Assembly (NCBI GenBank): GCA_965116875.1 | Contig: OZ220733.1 | Span: forward strand, 3,808,001-3,872,000 | Direction of reading: 5' to 3' | Source: Candidatus Latescibacterota bacterium | Lineage (GTDB): Bacteria > Latescibacterota > UBA2968 > GCA-2709665 | Length of the DNA stretch: 64,000 nucleotides | Part shown: in pieces, positions 20,170 through 30,000 of the stretch | Position numbering within the stretch: position 1 is the stretch's first letter | How the letters are laid out: each line of letters begins with the position of its first letter | Notes under the pieces: model-generated | Database searches by the model: none | Told to the model about the DNA's origin: nothing | What the model saw: only the letters and a program-made list of their open reading frames with translations | Position numbers and translations under genes: made by a program

Positions 20170-20257
20170 TGGTGCCGAAGGGGGGATTCGAACCCCCACG
20201 AGCACAAGGCTCACTGCGCCCTGAACGCAGCGCGTCTACCAGTTCCACCACTTCGGC
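20170..20257 (-). tRNA. tRNA-Leu(CAG)
   Basis: GCCGAAG acceptor stem; anticodon arm CTGCG-TTCAGGG-CGCAG; long variable arm; GGTTCGAATCC; encoded CCA. Confidence 0.96.
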
Positions 20258-20302
20258 ACATGAGCCCGTGGCCCGGGGCCGGAGCCCGCAGACCGGAAGG
20301 GA

Positions 20303-20331
20303 AATATATAATATCGCCTTGAGGTTGTCAA
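20303..20331 (-). promoter_or_regulatory. Sigma70 promoter of tRNA-Leu
   Basis: TTGACA-17 bp-TATATT. Confidence 0.7.
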
Positions 20332-20762
20332 GATCCCTCGCCCGCGAACAGGCGCCGGAACCCTTCGGGCATCCGCTTCGGTTTCCGCGTGGCGTAGTCG
20401 AGGAAGGCGATCCCGGTCTTGGCGCGGACGACTTCGGCGCCGGTTTCCCTGTCGGTAATGCGGTAGAAGACGTCGCAGCCGATGCGGCCGATGTCGCCCA
20501 CGGCGACTTCGAAAGTCAGCGTCTGGCCGTAGAAGGCTTCGGACTTGTACTGGATGACCGCGTCCACCATGATGAGGCCCACCCCGTCCACGTCCAATTC
20601 GCTGTAGCCGTGGCTCTCAAGGAACCGTACCCGCGCCTCGTGGACGAGCGAGAGCACGGCGTTGTTGTCCATATGCCCGCCGTAGTTGATGTCGGAGACG
20701 CGAAGGCGGATATCGGTGGCGTATATAAACGTCTCGGGCAACCCGAGTTTGACGCGGGACAT
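20328..20762 (-). CDS. Hot-dog-fold thioesterase (4HBT/YbgC family)
   Basis: RVSDINYGGHMDNN...HEARVRFL. Confidence 0.88.
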   Translation of the reverse strand: MSRVKLGLPETFIYATDIRLRVSDINYGGHMDNNAVLSLVHEARVRFLESHGYSELDVDGVGLIMVDAVIQYKSEAFYGQTLTFEVAVGDIGRIGCDVFYRITDRETGAEVVRAKTGIAFLDYATRKPKRMPEGFRRLFAGEGS

Positions 20763-20821
20763 GGCGGGAGTGGCGGTTCCTATCTATTTTTGAGTGTCCG
20801 AATACTGCCCCTTTTTGCGCC

Positions 20822-23800
20822 TCAGGGCAACGTCAGGCGCCAGACGTCGTTCACCACCGGCCAGGTATTGCCCGCGACAACCCAGAGGCTGTTCCGGAAC
20901 ACGTAGCACGTGGACTCGTGACGCGGCGAAAAACGGGTGTCGGGCTTGAACTCGTGCCAGTCCCGGCCGTTTTCGGTGTACCAGACGTCCCCGAGGTTGA
21001 CGTAGTTTACGTTGTCGTACCCTCCGATGATCCAGAGCCTGCCCGCGTAGACTTTCGGAATGAACCACATCCGCGGCGACCACGGGGCGTGTTCGAGCAC
21101 CCGCGTCCAGTGGACGCCGTCCTCCGAACACCAGACGTCGTTGAGGGTGGTGTAGTGGGGGTAGCCCTTTTCGGGCGGATCGTTGGGCAGGTCCTTGCGG
21201 CCGCCCATGACCCACAGCCGGTCGTTGTACGCCGCCACGGCGGTCGCGGACCGGTCTCCGTACGGCGCGTCGGTTGTGACGCGTGACCACGCGATGCCGT
21301 CATCGGTGTGCCAGACGTCGCTGCCGCTGCCGAGTTGCCACATCCGGTCCCGAAAAACCAGAAGTTCACCGTAACCGCGCGGGCCGAAGGGGGTTTCTTC
21401 CAGCACCCGGGCCCACTCAACGCCGTCCGCGGAGTTCCACACGCTTCCCTTCACCGCCCAGATGCGGTCCCTGTAGACCGTCATTTCGCTGTATCCGTCG
21501 TAAGGCGTGGCTTCGCTGACCAGACGCCAGCTGATGCCGTCGGTTGAGTTCCAGAGGTCCCGGGTGAGGATGCTGTTGTGGTAGTACGCGTTGCTGATCC
21601 AGAGCTTGTCCTGAAACACCACGTCTTCGGACGTGTCGCGCGGCGTGAACGGCGCGTTGCGGACCAGGTTGATCCAGTCCCCGGTCCTGGTTGCGTTGAC
21701 GCCGGTCGTGTTGATGCGCAGGCTGGTCACGGTGGGGATTTCGACCTTCGCAGTGCCCGTCCAGGACCGCCCGGGGAAGAACAGGAGCCGTCCGCCGTCC
21801 GCGGTGATTTCATACCCCGGGTCGTCCTCCAGCTCCAGCAGGGCGCCGCCTTCTTCCGGGTGTTGCAGGCCCTTGATCTTATGGCCGTACGTGAATCCGT
21901 CGCCATCGGTGACAACGGCGGTGAGGCCCATGAGGTCCACGCCCGTTGGCAGACCGGTATCGATGAGGAGCCCGTTCACGTCGTCTCCCGCGGCCATTCT
22001 CCTGGTTCCCAGGACGGCGCCGCTGCGCGTTCCCCGGCCGCCGAGCCTGCGCCCGCCCTTCTCGAGCAGCGTGCCCCCGATCAGGATCATCTCTTCGACC
22101 TCGCCGTTTCGTTCCCGGACGAAGCCGACCCGACCGCGAAAGCGGAGGTCTCCGGCCCTGAGCGTCCGGCCTTCGTCCGTCGCGGACAGAATATAGTCCG
22201 TAACCTCGCCGGAGACGACCCTGAGCCCGATATCCGTATCCGCGGCGCCGTCCACGTCGAGGGGTTCCGCGCCGGTGATGGCCGGACGGTCGCCGACGGG
22301 TTCCAGGATCGTGCTGAAAACGGTGGAAAGGTTCTCACCTTCGCGACGGTGGACCAGCATCGGCATGGTGATCTCGTCCAGCCGGACGTCGTCCTCATCG
22401 GCATTCCGGATGGACGGCGCCTGCGCGGTGAAGAGTTCTCCTCCGGGGCGGGTCAGGCTGTGCACCCGGACGGACCCGTCCGGCTCCGCCGTGCTGGAGA
22501 ACTTCGCCGTCCACGGACGGGTGACATCGGCGCGGCGAACGTCCCGGAAAAACGCGTATCCCAGGTTGTGTCCCTCGGCGTCGCCCTTGACGCTCTCTCC
22601 CGTGGGCAGGGTGGCGGTCACGCCCTCCGGGAGAAGCGTGTTCCCATGCGGCGCGGCTGGCAGGTCGATCTCGACCGCGCCGTCGTGGTCGGCGTCGCCC
22701 GCGAGGATGTATTCGTGGCGGCGTCCGCCGGCCACCCTGAACAGGTCGACCACGTAGGTCTGATCGGGCGAGAGCCCGACCTGGATCAGCAGCCGGCGGT
22801 AACTCGACGTCACGCCGGGATAGGCGCGGTCGCCCGAGGCTTCGATCGCCTGAAACGTGTCGCCGTGCGGCGCGAACAGTAGGAGGTTGCCGTCAGACGG
22901 CGCGTTTTCGGAGCCGTAAGCCTGGTCATTGCCGTCCACGGCAACCGTGTTGTGCGACAGCGTGGAGATGGTCCAGCACCGGTGGCGCGTGTGGGTATAG
23001 CCGATATCGCTCAGCCGTTCCTGGCCGCGCGCGTAGAGGGTGAGGCTCAGGAGGTCTGCGTGCTGATGGCCGTATCCCCCTGAGAAATGGAGATAGGTCT
23101 GGGTCTGGTTCTCACCCCTCCCCATATCCAGGCGGGCGTGGCCCATGCCGGGCAGAAGCAGCGGGCCGGATGTCTCAGGGGGCGTCTGCCGCCCCTTCGC
23201 CCACGTGTCGTGGGTGGGCACCACGCGGCCGTTGGGATAGCAGAGGAGTTCGGGGATGCCCGCGGCCTTTGTGAGGATGGGAAAGCGGGCGTTCAGGTCC
23301 AGATTGTCGTAGCGTTCGCCGTCGACGGGGTGGACGTATCCTTCGGGATCGCTGTAACCGTTCAGCCTTTCCATCACCTGCCGCAGCCCGCCGATCGTCT
23401 GGTTGTGATAGGAAATCGCGCCTTCGCGCCATACGCCGTCCACGAAGAAGTTGGCGGCGATGAGTTTCTCGATCCGGTCGACCGCGTCGTGGATATAATC
23501 CGGTTCCTCCAGGACCCTTCCGGCCGCAACCATGCCGCGAAGCAGCGTGGGGTCCATATTGCCAAGCGCGGGCGGGAAGCCCCGGATGAAGGCCACGCTG
23601 GCGTGGAAGAACCCGTCTTCGATGCGCCGGACCATCGTGCTGTCGAGTTCGCCGCTGTCCCGGATGAGGTCGTAGGTGTAGATCAGATTCTCGGGAATGT
23701 CCATGTACGCCCACCAGTCCCACTTGGAGGCGCGGTAGTCCTGGACCGGGTAGGGAAACCCCTGGCTTCCGGGAAAGATGATCTTCTGCCGGAAGGGCAG

Positions 23801-24367
23801 GTCGTGGTGGACGCAGTACCCGGGATAGACCTCGGCGAACCGGTTCAGAATGAGGGCCGCCCGACGGGCGAAGGACGGGTCTCCCGTTGCAGAGTAGAGC
23901 GCCGCCAGGTCGTGGGCGGCGGCGGCGAAGTAGGCCCGCGCCCGGTACCATCCTTTGGCCTGAAAGAAATGCCTGTACCCGGTTTCGTCCTCCCAGTACG
24001 GATATTCCTGGGTCTCACCCACGGGGTTGACCACACCCAGGGTTTCCGTATCCGGGAATTTCTCATTGGGGTACCTGAGGCCGCAGTATTTGCAGAAAAC
24101 ACGGTCCGGGTCCTCAATGGTCCAGTCGATCTGACCCTCCTGCGCGCCGCCGTCGCAGTTGGGGCAATCCACGAAGTAGATGCCCGCGCGGTCGGGAATG
24201 ATGCGCAGCATTTCGCTCTCGGAAAGTGCGAGAACCGGTTCGAGGTTCCGGCGCAGGCGCGCCACGTCGGATTCGTCCAGGTCCGGCGGAAAGACGGGGC
24301 TTGCCTCCGCGGGATCCGGCAGGAGTGCGAGAATGATCAGGACGAGTGCCACGACGAGAATCAGCAT
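20822..24367 (-). CDS. Secreted heparinase II/III-family lyase fused to a C-terminal Kelch-like propeller
   Basis: Signal peptide; DGVWREGAISYH; GHQHADLLSL; TLSHNTVAVDG; repeated DVW.S.DG..W...AP(W/F)SPR blades. Confidence 0.75.
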   Translation of the reverse strand: MLILVVALVLIILALLPDPAEASPVFPPDLDESDVARLRRNLEPVLALSESEMLRIIPDRAGIYFVDCPNCDGGAQEGQIDWTIEDPDRVFCKYCGLRYPNEKFPDTETLGVVNPVGETQEYPYWEDETGYRHFFQAKGWYRARAYFAAAAHDLAALYSATGDPSFARRAALILNRFAEVYPGYCVHHDLPFRQKIIFPGSQGFPYPVQDYRASKWDWWAYMDIPENLIYTYDLIRDSGELDSTMVRRIEDGFFHASVAFIRGFPPALGNMDPTLLRGMVAAGRVLEEPDYIHDAVDRIEKLIAANFFVDGVWREGAISYHNQTIGGLRQVMERLNGYSDPEGYVHPVDGERYDNLDLNARFPILTKAAGIPELLCYPNGRVVPTHDTWAKGRQTPPETSGPLLLPGMGHARLDMGRGENQTQTYLHFSGGYGHQHADLLSLTLYARGQERLSDIGYTHTRHRCWTISTLSHNTVAVDGNDQAYGSENAPSDGNLLLFAPHGDTFQAIEASGDRAYPGVTSSYRRLLIQVGLSPDQTYVVDLFRVAGGRRHEYILAGDADHDGAVEIDLPAAPHGNTLLPEGVTATLPTGESVKGDAEGHNLGYAFFRDVRRADVTRPWTAKFSSTAEPDGSVRVHSLTRPGGELFTAQAPSIRNADEDDVRLDEITMPMLVHRREGENLSTVFSTILEPVGDRPAITGAEPLDVDGAADTDIGLRVVSGEVTDYILSATDEGRTLRAGDLRFRGRVGFVRERNGEVEEMILIGGTLLEKGGRRLGGRGTRSGAVLGTRRMAAGDDVNGLLIDTGLPTGVDLMGLTAVVTDGDGFTYGHKIKGLQHPEEGGALLELEDDPGYEITADGGRLLFFPGRSWTGTAKVEIPTVTSLRINTTGVNATRTGDWINLVRNAPFTPRDTSEDVVFQDKLWISNAYYHNSILTRDLWNSTDGISWRLVSEATPYDGYSEMTVYRDRIWAVKGSVWNSADGVEWARVLEETPFGPRGYGELLVFRDRMWQLGSGSDVWHTDDGIAWSRVTTDAPYGDRSATAVAAYNDRLWVMGGRKDLPNDPPEKGYPHYTTLNDVWCSEDGVHWTRVLEHAPWSPRMWFIPKVYAGRLWIIGGYDNVNYVNLGDVWYTENGRDWHEFKPDTRFSPRHESTCYVFRNSLWVVAGNTWPVVNDVWRLTLP

Positions 24368-24400
24368 TACGGGACGTCCTTTCGAATGGAAACCTTCCGG

Positions 24401-25960
24401 TCAGTTCGCCGACGATGTGTTGCGGCGCAGCACCCGGCCCGGAAACGCGCCGGTGGGGACGCCGCCTTCCACCGCCGGCTCCCCGTTGACCAGTACCCAC
24501 GGGATTCCCACGGGACCCCCGGTGGGGTTCTCGAACGTGGCGGTCGCGTTGACGGTCCGGGGATCGAAGATCACGATGTCGGCGGCCTTCCCGGCGGCGA
24601 TCTCTCCGCGGTCTGCAAGGCCGAATCGACGGGCGGGAAATCCGCTCATTTTATGGATGGCTTCCGCGAGAGAGATCAGGCTTTTCTCACGGACGAATAC
24701 GCCCGGCACGCGCGCGAAACACCCGAAACCGCGGGGGTGGGGATGGCGCACGTTGTAGACGCCGTCGCTCGCGATCATCAGTCGCGGGTGGTTGACGGTG
24801 TTTCTGATCGTTTTGTCGTTGGTCTCGGGCGAATCCTGCCAGGGAAATATATAGGTGGATTGGCCTTCCTCCTCCAGGATGAGATCGTAGGCGAAGTCCT
24901 CCGGAGCGACGCCTGCCCCGGCAGCCAGGTCCGACAGGGTCGCGCCGATATAGCGCCCGGAGCGGGTGTGGCCGACCACCTGGTCGCACTTGCCCAGCCA
25001 GCCGCGGAGGTGGGGCAGGATGCGTTCCTTTACCGTGGGGTCCGCCAGGTGTTCGAGTACGTCCGACGGGGCGCCGACCTGGTCCGGGATGGGGAGCATG
25101 ATGGTCATGTGGGACATCCCGGCGGGATAGAGGTAAGACTCGAAGCTGAGGTCGACGTCCTCCCGGTCGGCGAGCTCGAGAAGGTCGGCGCCCTCCCGGT
25201 CGGCCCGTTCGTGGGAATGATGTACCGGGATGCCGGACTGCCGGAAGATCTCGAAGGTTTCCTTCCATGCCTCCGCCCTGCCGAGAAGATGGTTTCGGAT
25301 GTGCGCCGCGTAGATGCCCCCGTAGGACGCCGTTACTTTGCACAGTTCAACCAGTTCGCGAAGGTCCGAATTCGCGCTCGGCTGGTAGTCCAGGCCAAGA
25401 CAGAGGCAGCCCGCGCCCGCTTCCATCCACTGTCGCACCAGGTCGGCCATCTCGTCGATCTGTGCGTCCGTGGCCGGGCCGGCCGACCAGCCGCAGACGT
25501 TGAGCCGCACGGCGCAGTGGGGCACCTGAGGGTAGACGTTGCACGGGCTGTTTCCGGGAAAGAGGTCCAGGTAGTCTTCGATGGTTTCCCAGGTGAGATC
25601 GATGTCCGCGGAGCCGGCGATGAACCGGGTATATTCCCACATCTGGCCGCGAAGGTCCGGAGGCAACGGAGCCCATCCGAATCCGTCCGGCGCCAGAAGC
25701 TGGGTGGTGATGCCTTGAACGACGCCCGCAAACCGGTGGTTTCCGGTCAGGAGGGCGGGTTCACAATGCACGTGGACGTCGATAAAGCCCGGGCAGACCA
25801 CGTGGCCCCGGGCATCGATCTCCCGTTCAGCGCGGGCATCCGCCAGACGACCCACCGCGGCGATGCGGTCGCCCAGAACGGCGACGTCCGCAAAGAACGG
25901 CTCTTCGATGCCGGTCCCGTCAACCACGGTGCCGTTGCGGATGAGTAGATCGAAAGTCAT
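24401..25960 (-). CDS. N-acyl-D-amino-acid deacylase (D-aminoacylase)
   Basis: LIRNGTVVDGTG; PGFIDVHVH; HPHPRGFG; GKAADIVIFDP. Confidence 0.88.
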   Translation of the reverse strand: MTFDLLIRNGTVVDGTGIEEPFFADVAVLGDRIAAVGRLADARAEREIDARGHVVCPGFIDVHVHCEPALLTGNHRFAGVVQGITTQLLAPDGFGWAPLPPDLRGQMWEYTRFIAGSADIDLTWETIEDYLDLFPGNSPCNVYPQVPHCAVRLNVCGWSAGPATDAQIDEMADLVRQWMEAGAGCLCLGLDYQPSANSDLRELVELCKVTASYGGIYAAHIRNHLLGRAEAWKETFEIFRQSGIPVHHSHERADREGADLLELADREDVDLSFESYLYPAGMSHMTIMLPIPDQVGAPSDVLEHLADPTVKERILPHLRGWLGKCDQVVGHTRSGRYIGATLSDLAAGAGVAPEDFAYDLILEEEGQSTYIFPWQDSPETNDKTIRNTVNHPRLMIASDGVYNVRHPHPRGFGCFARVPGVFVREKSLISLAEAIHKMSGFPARRFGLADRGEIAAGKAADIVIFDPRTVNATATFENPTGGPVGIPWVLVNGEPAVEGGVPTGAFPGRVLRRNTSSAN

Positions 25961-26074
25961 GGGTTTCGCCTTCCGGGATTCACGGTTGCGGTTGGTTTGT
26001 CTCGTCGGATCCTCTGAGGCTGACGCCGGAAGATAAGTACGATTTGCCTCCGGCGCACCGGAATTGTGGCAGCG

Positions 26075-28042
26075 CTACCAGTCGTTCAGCTTGTGCCCGT
26101 CACCGTTGAACCAGACGAAGTCCGCGACCACGCCCAGACCCACGCCCGCAAGATAACCCATGAACATCCCAAGAAAAAGCGGCGCCAACCGCCGGTAGCT
26201 GTTGAGGCCGCCGAATCTCATGATCATGGCCTTGGCGAGCCATGCGATGAATATGGAGGTGACGCTGCTTCTGAGGACGTTGGAGGCGGAAATGGTGAAT
26301 CCGATGGGGTGAATCGGGAATCCCGGATAGCGGTATCTCAGGAAGACGAGGAGGCCGGTGAACGCGGCGCCGATGCCGAAGAACCCGACGCGGTCCCAGC
26401 TTGTGCCGGCGGTCCCTTCCTGGATGCGGGCGGCGGTATATCGCCAGATACCCACGGCGCCGTCGCCGGAACCGTTGAAGCTGACCACGCCGAAGTTATA
26501 GCTGCCCACGCCGTAGTAGCCGTGGTAGAGGATGAAGCCGATGACGGAAAGCGCGCCGGCCAGCGCCCCAAGGAGGACGCCGGGCGCCAGCAGGCGCCGG
26601 CGATCGGGCCGCATGGCCATGCCCAGCCTGGGGACGTGGGCGAGGGCGGTGACCGCCCAGGTCTTCGCGTCGCAGAAAAACGTGTAGGTCAGGCCGAGCG
26701 CAACCGCGCTGTGCGCGCCCATCCCCGCAATGCCGAACAGGTGCCACGTGAACGCCTGCGCCGTAATGGGTCCCCTCAGGTACACGAGGCCGCTTTCCAC
26801 GATGATGCGCGCCAGGCCCAGGTAGAGAACGAGGGTGGCGAACCAGAAGGCGAGCAGGGGCCCTGCGGCCATCCCCGCGCGGAACAGCCACACGAGCAGG
26901 TAGGCGCAGCCGGCCAGGAGCAGGTACACCGCCGCGCGGTAGGAAATGAGTTCCTTCGAGTCGTCGATATGGCCGGACCCTTCAGTGTGATTCCCATCCG
27001 CTGAACGCGCGAAGGCGCTCCTGAACACGGCGGCCAGGTGGCTTCGCGCAACCCAGAGGCCCCAACCCGTAAAGACGGTGAGACCGCCGAAGCTCTGCCA
27101 GCCGATGGCGGGGTCGAAGGAGCACCACATATCCGAACCGCCGATACTGAAGCCCAGGCGATTGAAGATGCCAACCTGCAGGATGGCCAGCAGGTGAAAA
27201 AGCCAGATGCTGAACAGGACGCTTGATTCCGTGAAGTACGCGAACGCGATCGTCATCGGATGAATCGAAAACGCAAAGTATGGGAAACCCTGGCCGATCC
27301 GGATAATCTTGCGGCTGAGGACGGTCATGGGCACGTCGAGTACGGGTATGGCCCTGACGAACCAGGTCGAGATGTTCCAGCAGAAGATGGCGACGATCAG
27401 CCAGAAACCGAACCGGAACAGGCGCGACCGTACCAGGGTGGACAGGCTGCGCTCGGAACCGGAAACTCCGGTGAGCTCAAGCACGGCGGTGGCGATCGGG
27501 AACGTGAGACGTTCGTTGTCCATCCACTGCTTCCGCAGAATCACGACCAGGCAGAAACTGACGGTTAGCACCGATCCAAGAAACCCGGCCCACCAGAAAA
27601 CCGGCGCCGCCCATGCGCCCCAGGGGAATTTCTGGCCCTTGAACAGACTCTCGTAGAAGCCGGTGGTGGCCGCCGGGTCCGCGACGACGGTCCACGACGG
27701 GATCCTGGTGAGCAGGTGGTCGGACCATTGGTTTTCGGGCGTGGCGAAGTAGGTGGGCGCCGTCACCACGCCGAGCAGATATCCCGAGAGCCATTCTCCC
27801 TGCATCGTTGCGGCGACCATCCCAATACAGCAGACGGCCAGCAATTCCGAGGCAGACAGGCCGCGGCCGCGTCGGTAAAGCGGCAGATTGAGGCCGAGCA
27901 GGCAGATGAAGGGAATCAGCAGGGCCACCGACAGGTGCGCGTAGTCGGCGCGCGAAGAATGCGCAATGAGGCTGGAGTAGGTGGGCCAGAGGTTGACCCA
28001 GACGGCCATGGCCAGGCCGATGAGGAGCGCGCGAAGCGTCAT
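26075..28042 (-). CDS. Polytopic membrane protein, DUF6785/DUF6784-like
   Basis: YFATPENQW; LRKQWMDNERLTFP; FPIHPIGF; many TM segments. Confidence 0.7.
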   Translation of the reverse strand: MTLRALLIGLAMAVWVNLWPTYSSLIAHSSRADYAHLSVALLIPFICLLGLNLPLYRRGRGLSASELLAVCCIGMVAATMQGEWLSGYLLGVVTAPTYFATPENQWSDHLLTRIPSWTVVADPAATTGFYESLFKGQKFPWGAWAAPVFWWAGFLGSVLTVSFCLVVILRKQWMDNERLTFPIATAVLELTGVSGSERSLSTLVRSRLFRFGFWLIVAIFCWNISTWFVRAIPVLDVPMTVLSRKIIRIGQGFPYFAFSIHPMTIAFAYFTESSVLFSIWLFHLLAILQVGIFNRLGFSIGGSDMWCSFDPAIGWQSFGGLTVFTGWGLWVARSHLAAVFRSAFARSADGNHTEGSGHIDDSKELISYRAAVYLLLAGCAYLLVWLFRAGMAAGPLLAFWFATLVLYLGLARIIVESGLVYLRGPITAQAFTWHLFGIAGMGAHSAVALGLTYTFFCDAKTWAVTALAHVPRLGMAMRPDRRRLLAPGVLLGALAGALSVIGFILYHGYYGVGSYNFGVVSFNGSGDGAVGIWRYTAARIQEGTAGTSWDRVGFFGIGAAFTGLLVFLRYRYPGFPIHPIGFTISASNVLRSSVTSIFIAWLAKAMIMRFGGLNSYRRLAPLFLGMFMGYLAGVGLGVVADFVWFNGDGHKLNDW

Positions 28043-28099
28043 GGTGTGCGCCGTCGGATGGGTTGAACGGATTGCGCCAGCGTCAATCCGGAGGCGGAA

Positions 28100-29152
28100 C
28101 TACAGACTTCCGGATACCGCGATCTTGATGGCGTCTCTGCCGTCCAGACGGTAACTGCCCGCGAGGGCGTTGAAGCCTTCGGGCACCCGGTCCAGCGGTA
28201 TGGTGTGGCTGACCATGTCGGCAAAGGGGAATTCGTTCTTTTCCAGGATGGGAAGGCCCCGCACGAAGTGATCGGCTGAACTCGCCCAGACGGCTTCGAA
28301 GCGCAGGTTCTTGCGCATGAACATCCGGTTCGGGTTGCATTCGAAAGTCCCGACGTCCACAAAATGGCCCATTTCGACGTAGGTGCCGTTCTGGCGCAGA
28401 TAGTCCAGACCCTCGGGCAGGGCCTGCAGGAAGCCGGCGCATTCAAAGACAATGTCCGCACCGGCCCCCCCGGGCGTGCTGTCTCTGACCGCTCGTTTTC
28501 GTTCCTCCGGGTCCGGAACCTCGGCGATGTCCACGGTCACGTCCGCGCCGATTTCGCGGGCGAGGTCCAGGCGCCCGGGCGGTCCACCGACCATGATCAA
28601 CCGTCCGGCGCCGCTGACTTTGGCGCAGATGAGGGTGACGAGGCCGATGGCGCCGGATCCCTGAACGACGACGGTGTCTCCAAACTGAATGCCGGCCCGC
28701 ATCACGCCGTGGACGCCGATCGTGAAGGGCTCCAGGAGGACGGCGACCTCGGGCGGCAGATCGGTCTTGAAGAAAACGGTCTCCGGGTTCCAGAGATAAA
28801 TGTATTCGCCAAAGCCGCCCCGGAGATAGGGTTGTTCTCCGGCCGGAATGAATCCGTATGCGCCCTGGGACGTTCCGGGCACGAGAGCGATCCGGTCTCC
28901 GGTTCTGACGGGACGTCCCAGATGGTCGTGGGTCACGCCTTCCCCCAGTGTGTCGACGATGCCGACGTTTTCGTGTCCCAGGATCATCTCGTCATTCAGT
29001 CTCTGATATTCCCAGTTATGCAGATCGGTGCCGCAGATGCCGGCCAGTTCCTGTCTCAAAAGGACGGTACCGGGCGCGGGTTCCGGGACGGGGTACTCAC
29101 GGATTTCAAAACGTTCGCCGACGACAACCGATGCACGGCCGGTTCTGGACAT
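28100..29152 (-). CDS. Zinc-binding (MDR) dehydrogenase
   Basis: GICGTDLH; LGHE; GSGAIG. Confidence 0.88.
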   Translation of the reverse strand: MSRTGRASVVVGERFEIREYPVPEPAPGTVLLRQELAGICGTDLHNWEYQRLNDEMILGHENVGIVDTLGEGVTHDHLGRPVRTGDRIALVPGTSQGAYGFIPAGEQPYLRGGFGEYIYLWNPETVFFKTDLPPEVAVLLEPFTIGVHGVMRAGIQFGDTVVVQGSGAIGLVTLICAKVSGAGRLIMVGGPPGRLDLAREIGADVTVDIAEVPDPEERKRAVRDSTPGGAGADIVFECAGFLQALPEGLDYLRQNGTYVEMGHFVDVGTFECNPNRMFMRKNLRFEAVWASSADHFVRGLPILEKNEFPFADMVSHTIPLDRVPEGFNALAGSYRLDGRDAIKIAVSGSL

Positions 29153-29188
29153 GGAGATGTCCCTCCCTCCGACTTTCGGTCGGATGTG

Positions 29189-29989
29189 TCAGGATTGCGC
29201 GTAGAAACGGATTTTCGGGATGTCTTCGATAAAGCCGGATTCGTGGGCGTATCTGAAAAAGAGGTTCAGGCCCTCCAGTTCGGCCTCGCCAAAGTCGTAG
29301 CGGATCTTTTCGCCGAGGAAGTCGGCATAGAATGCGGCCGAACCCTGGCCTGACGACGCGCAGATCGCCGCAATATGGCGGATCTCGCCCACCCCCAGCG
29401 CCTTTGACCGGATGAGTTGCGCGGTCTGGTCGGGATCCAGCGCGCCGGGCGGGCCCGCCCAGCAGGCGTAGACGAAAGGAAGCCCGGTAAGCACGGTCCA
29501 CGCATTCCCCAGGTCGATTGCGCAACACGAGGCTGTATCCACGGCAAGCGCCGCGTCCCCGATGATGACGGCGGCATCGGCGAGGTCCAGCATGTGTCCG
29601 GCATCGGGAGGCAGGTGGAGGACGTCGGGCCTGCACCGGTATCTCTTCTCCAACAGTACGCGGCTGAGGACACTCGACGTCCGGGAGTTGACGTCGAGAG
29701 CGAGCGTCCGGATATCGGCGGGGTCTGTCCGGTGCAGGAGCAGTACGCTTCGAACCGGGCCCCGGGAGGAGATGCCAACCTCGGGCACGACGCAGTATGG
29801 AACGGGCCCGCGGGCGATTTCGATGGATGGGATGAGGGCCGCGTCGGCGTCGCCGCTGTGGAGGCGTTCGGCGCAGCGGGAGGGCACGTCGTAGGAAAGA
29901 TCGAAGCGGTGTTCGATCCGGCCGTTCTCCAGGGCGTGCACCAGCGGACGGGTGTTCAGAAACGAGACCACAGCGAGGCGGGTTGCCAT
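29189..29989 (-). CDS. mqnA: Chorismate dehydratase (futalosine pathway)
   Basis: VSFLNTRPL; GPVRSV; SRTS; IIGDAAL; DLG..W...TGLPFVYA.W. Confidence 0.9.
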   Translation of the reverse strand: MATRLAVVSFLNTRPLVHALENGRIEHRFDLSYDVPSRCAERLHSGDADAALIPSIEIARGPVPYCVVPEVGISSRGPVRSVLLLHRTDPADIRTLALDVNSRTSSVLSRVLLEKRYRCRPDVLHLPPDAGHMLDLADAAVIIGDAALAVDTASCCAIDLGNAWTVLTGLPFVYACWAGPPGALDPDQTAQLIRSKALGVGEIRHIAAICASSGQGSAAFYADFLGEKIRYDFGEAELEGLNLFFRYAHESGFIEDIPKIRFYAQS

Positions 29990-30000
29990 TCGCACGGCTT

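Noticed and set aside
16151-20170. tRNA-integrated island with att duplication
   Set aside because: No integrase and no duplicate of the tRNA 3' end noticed in the window
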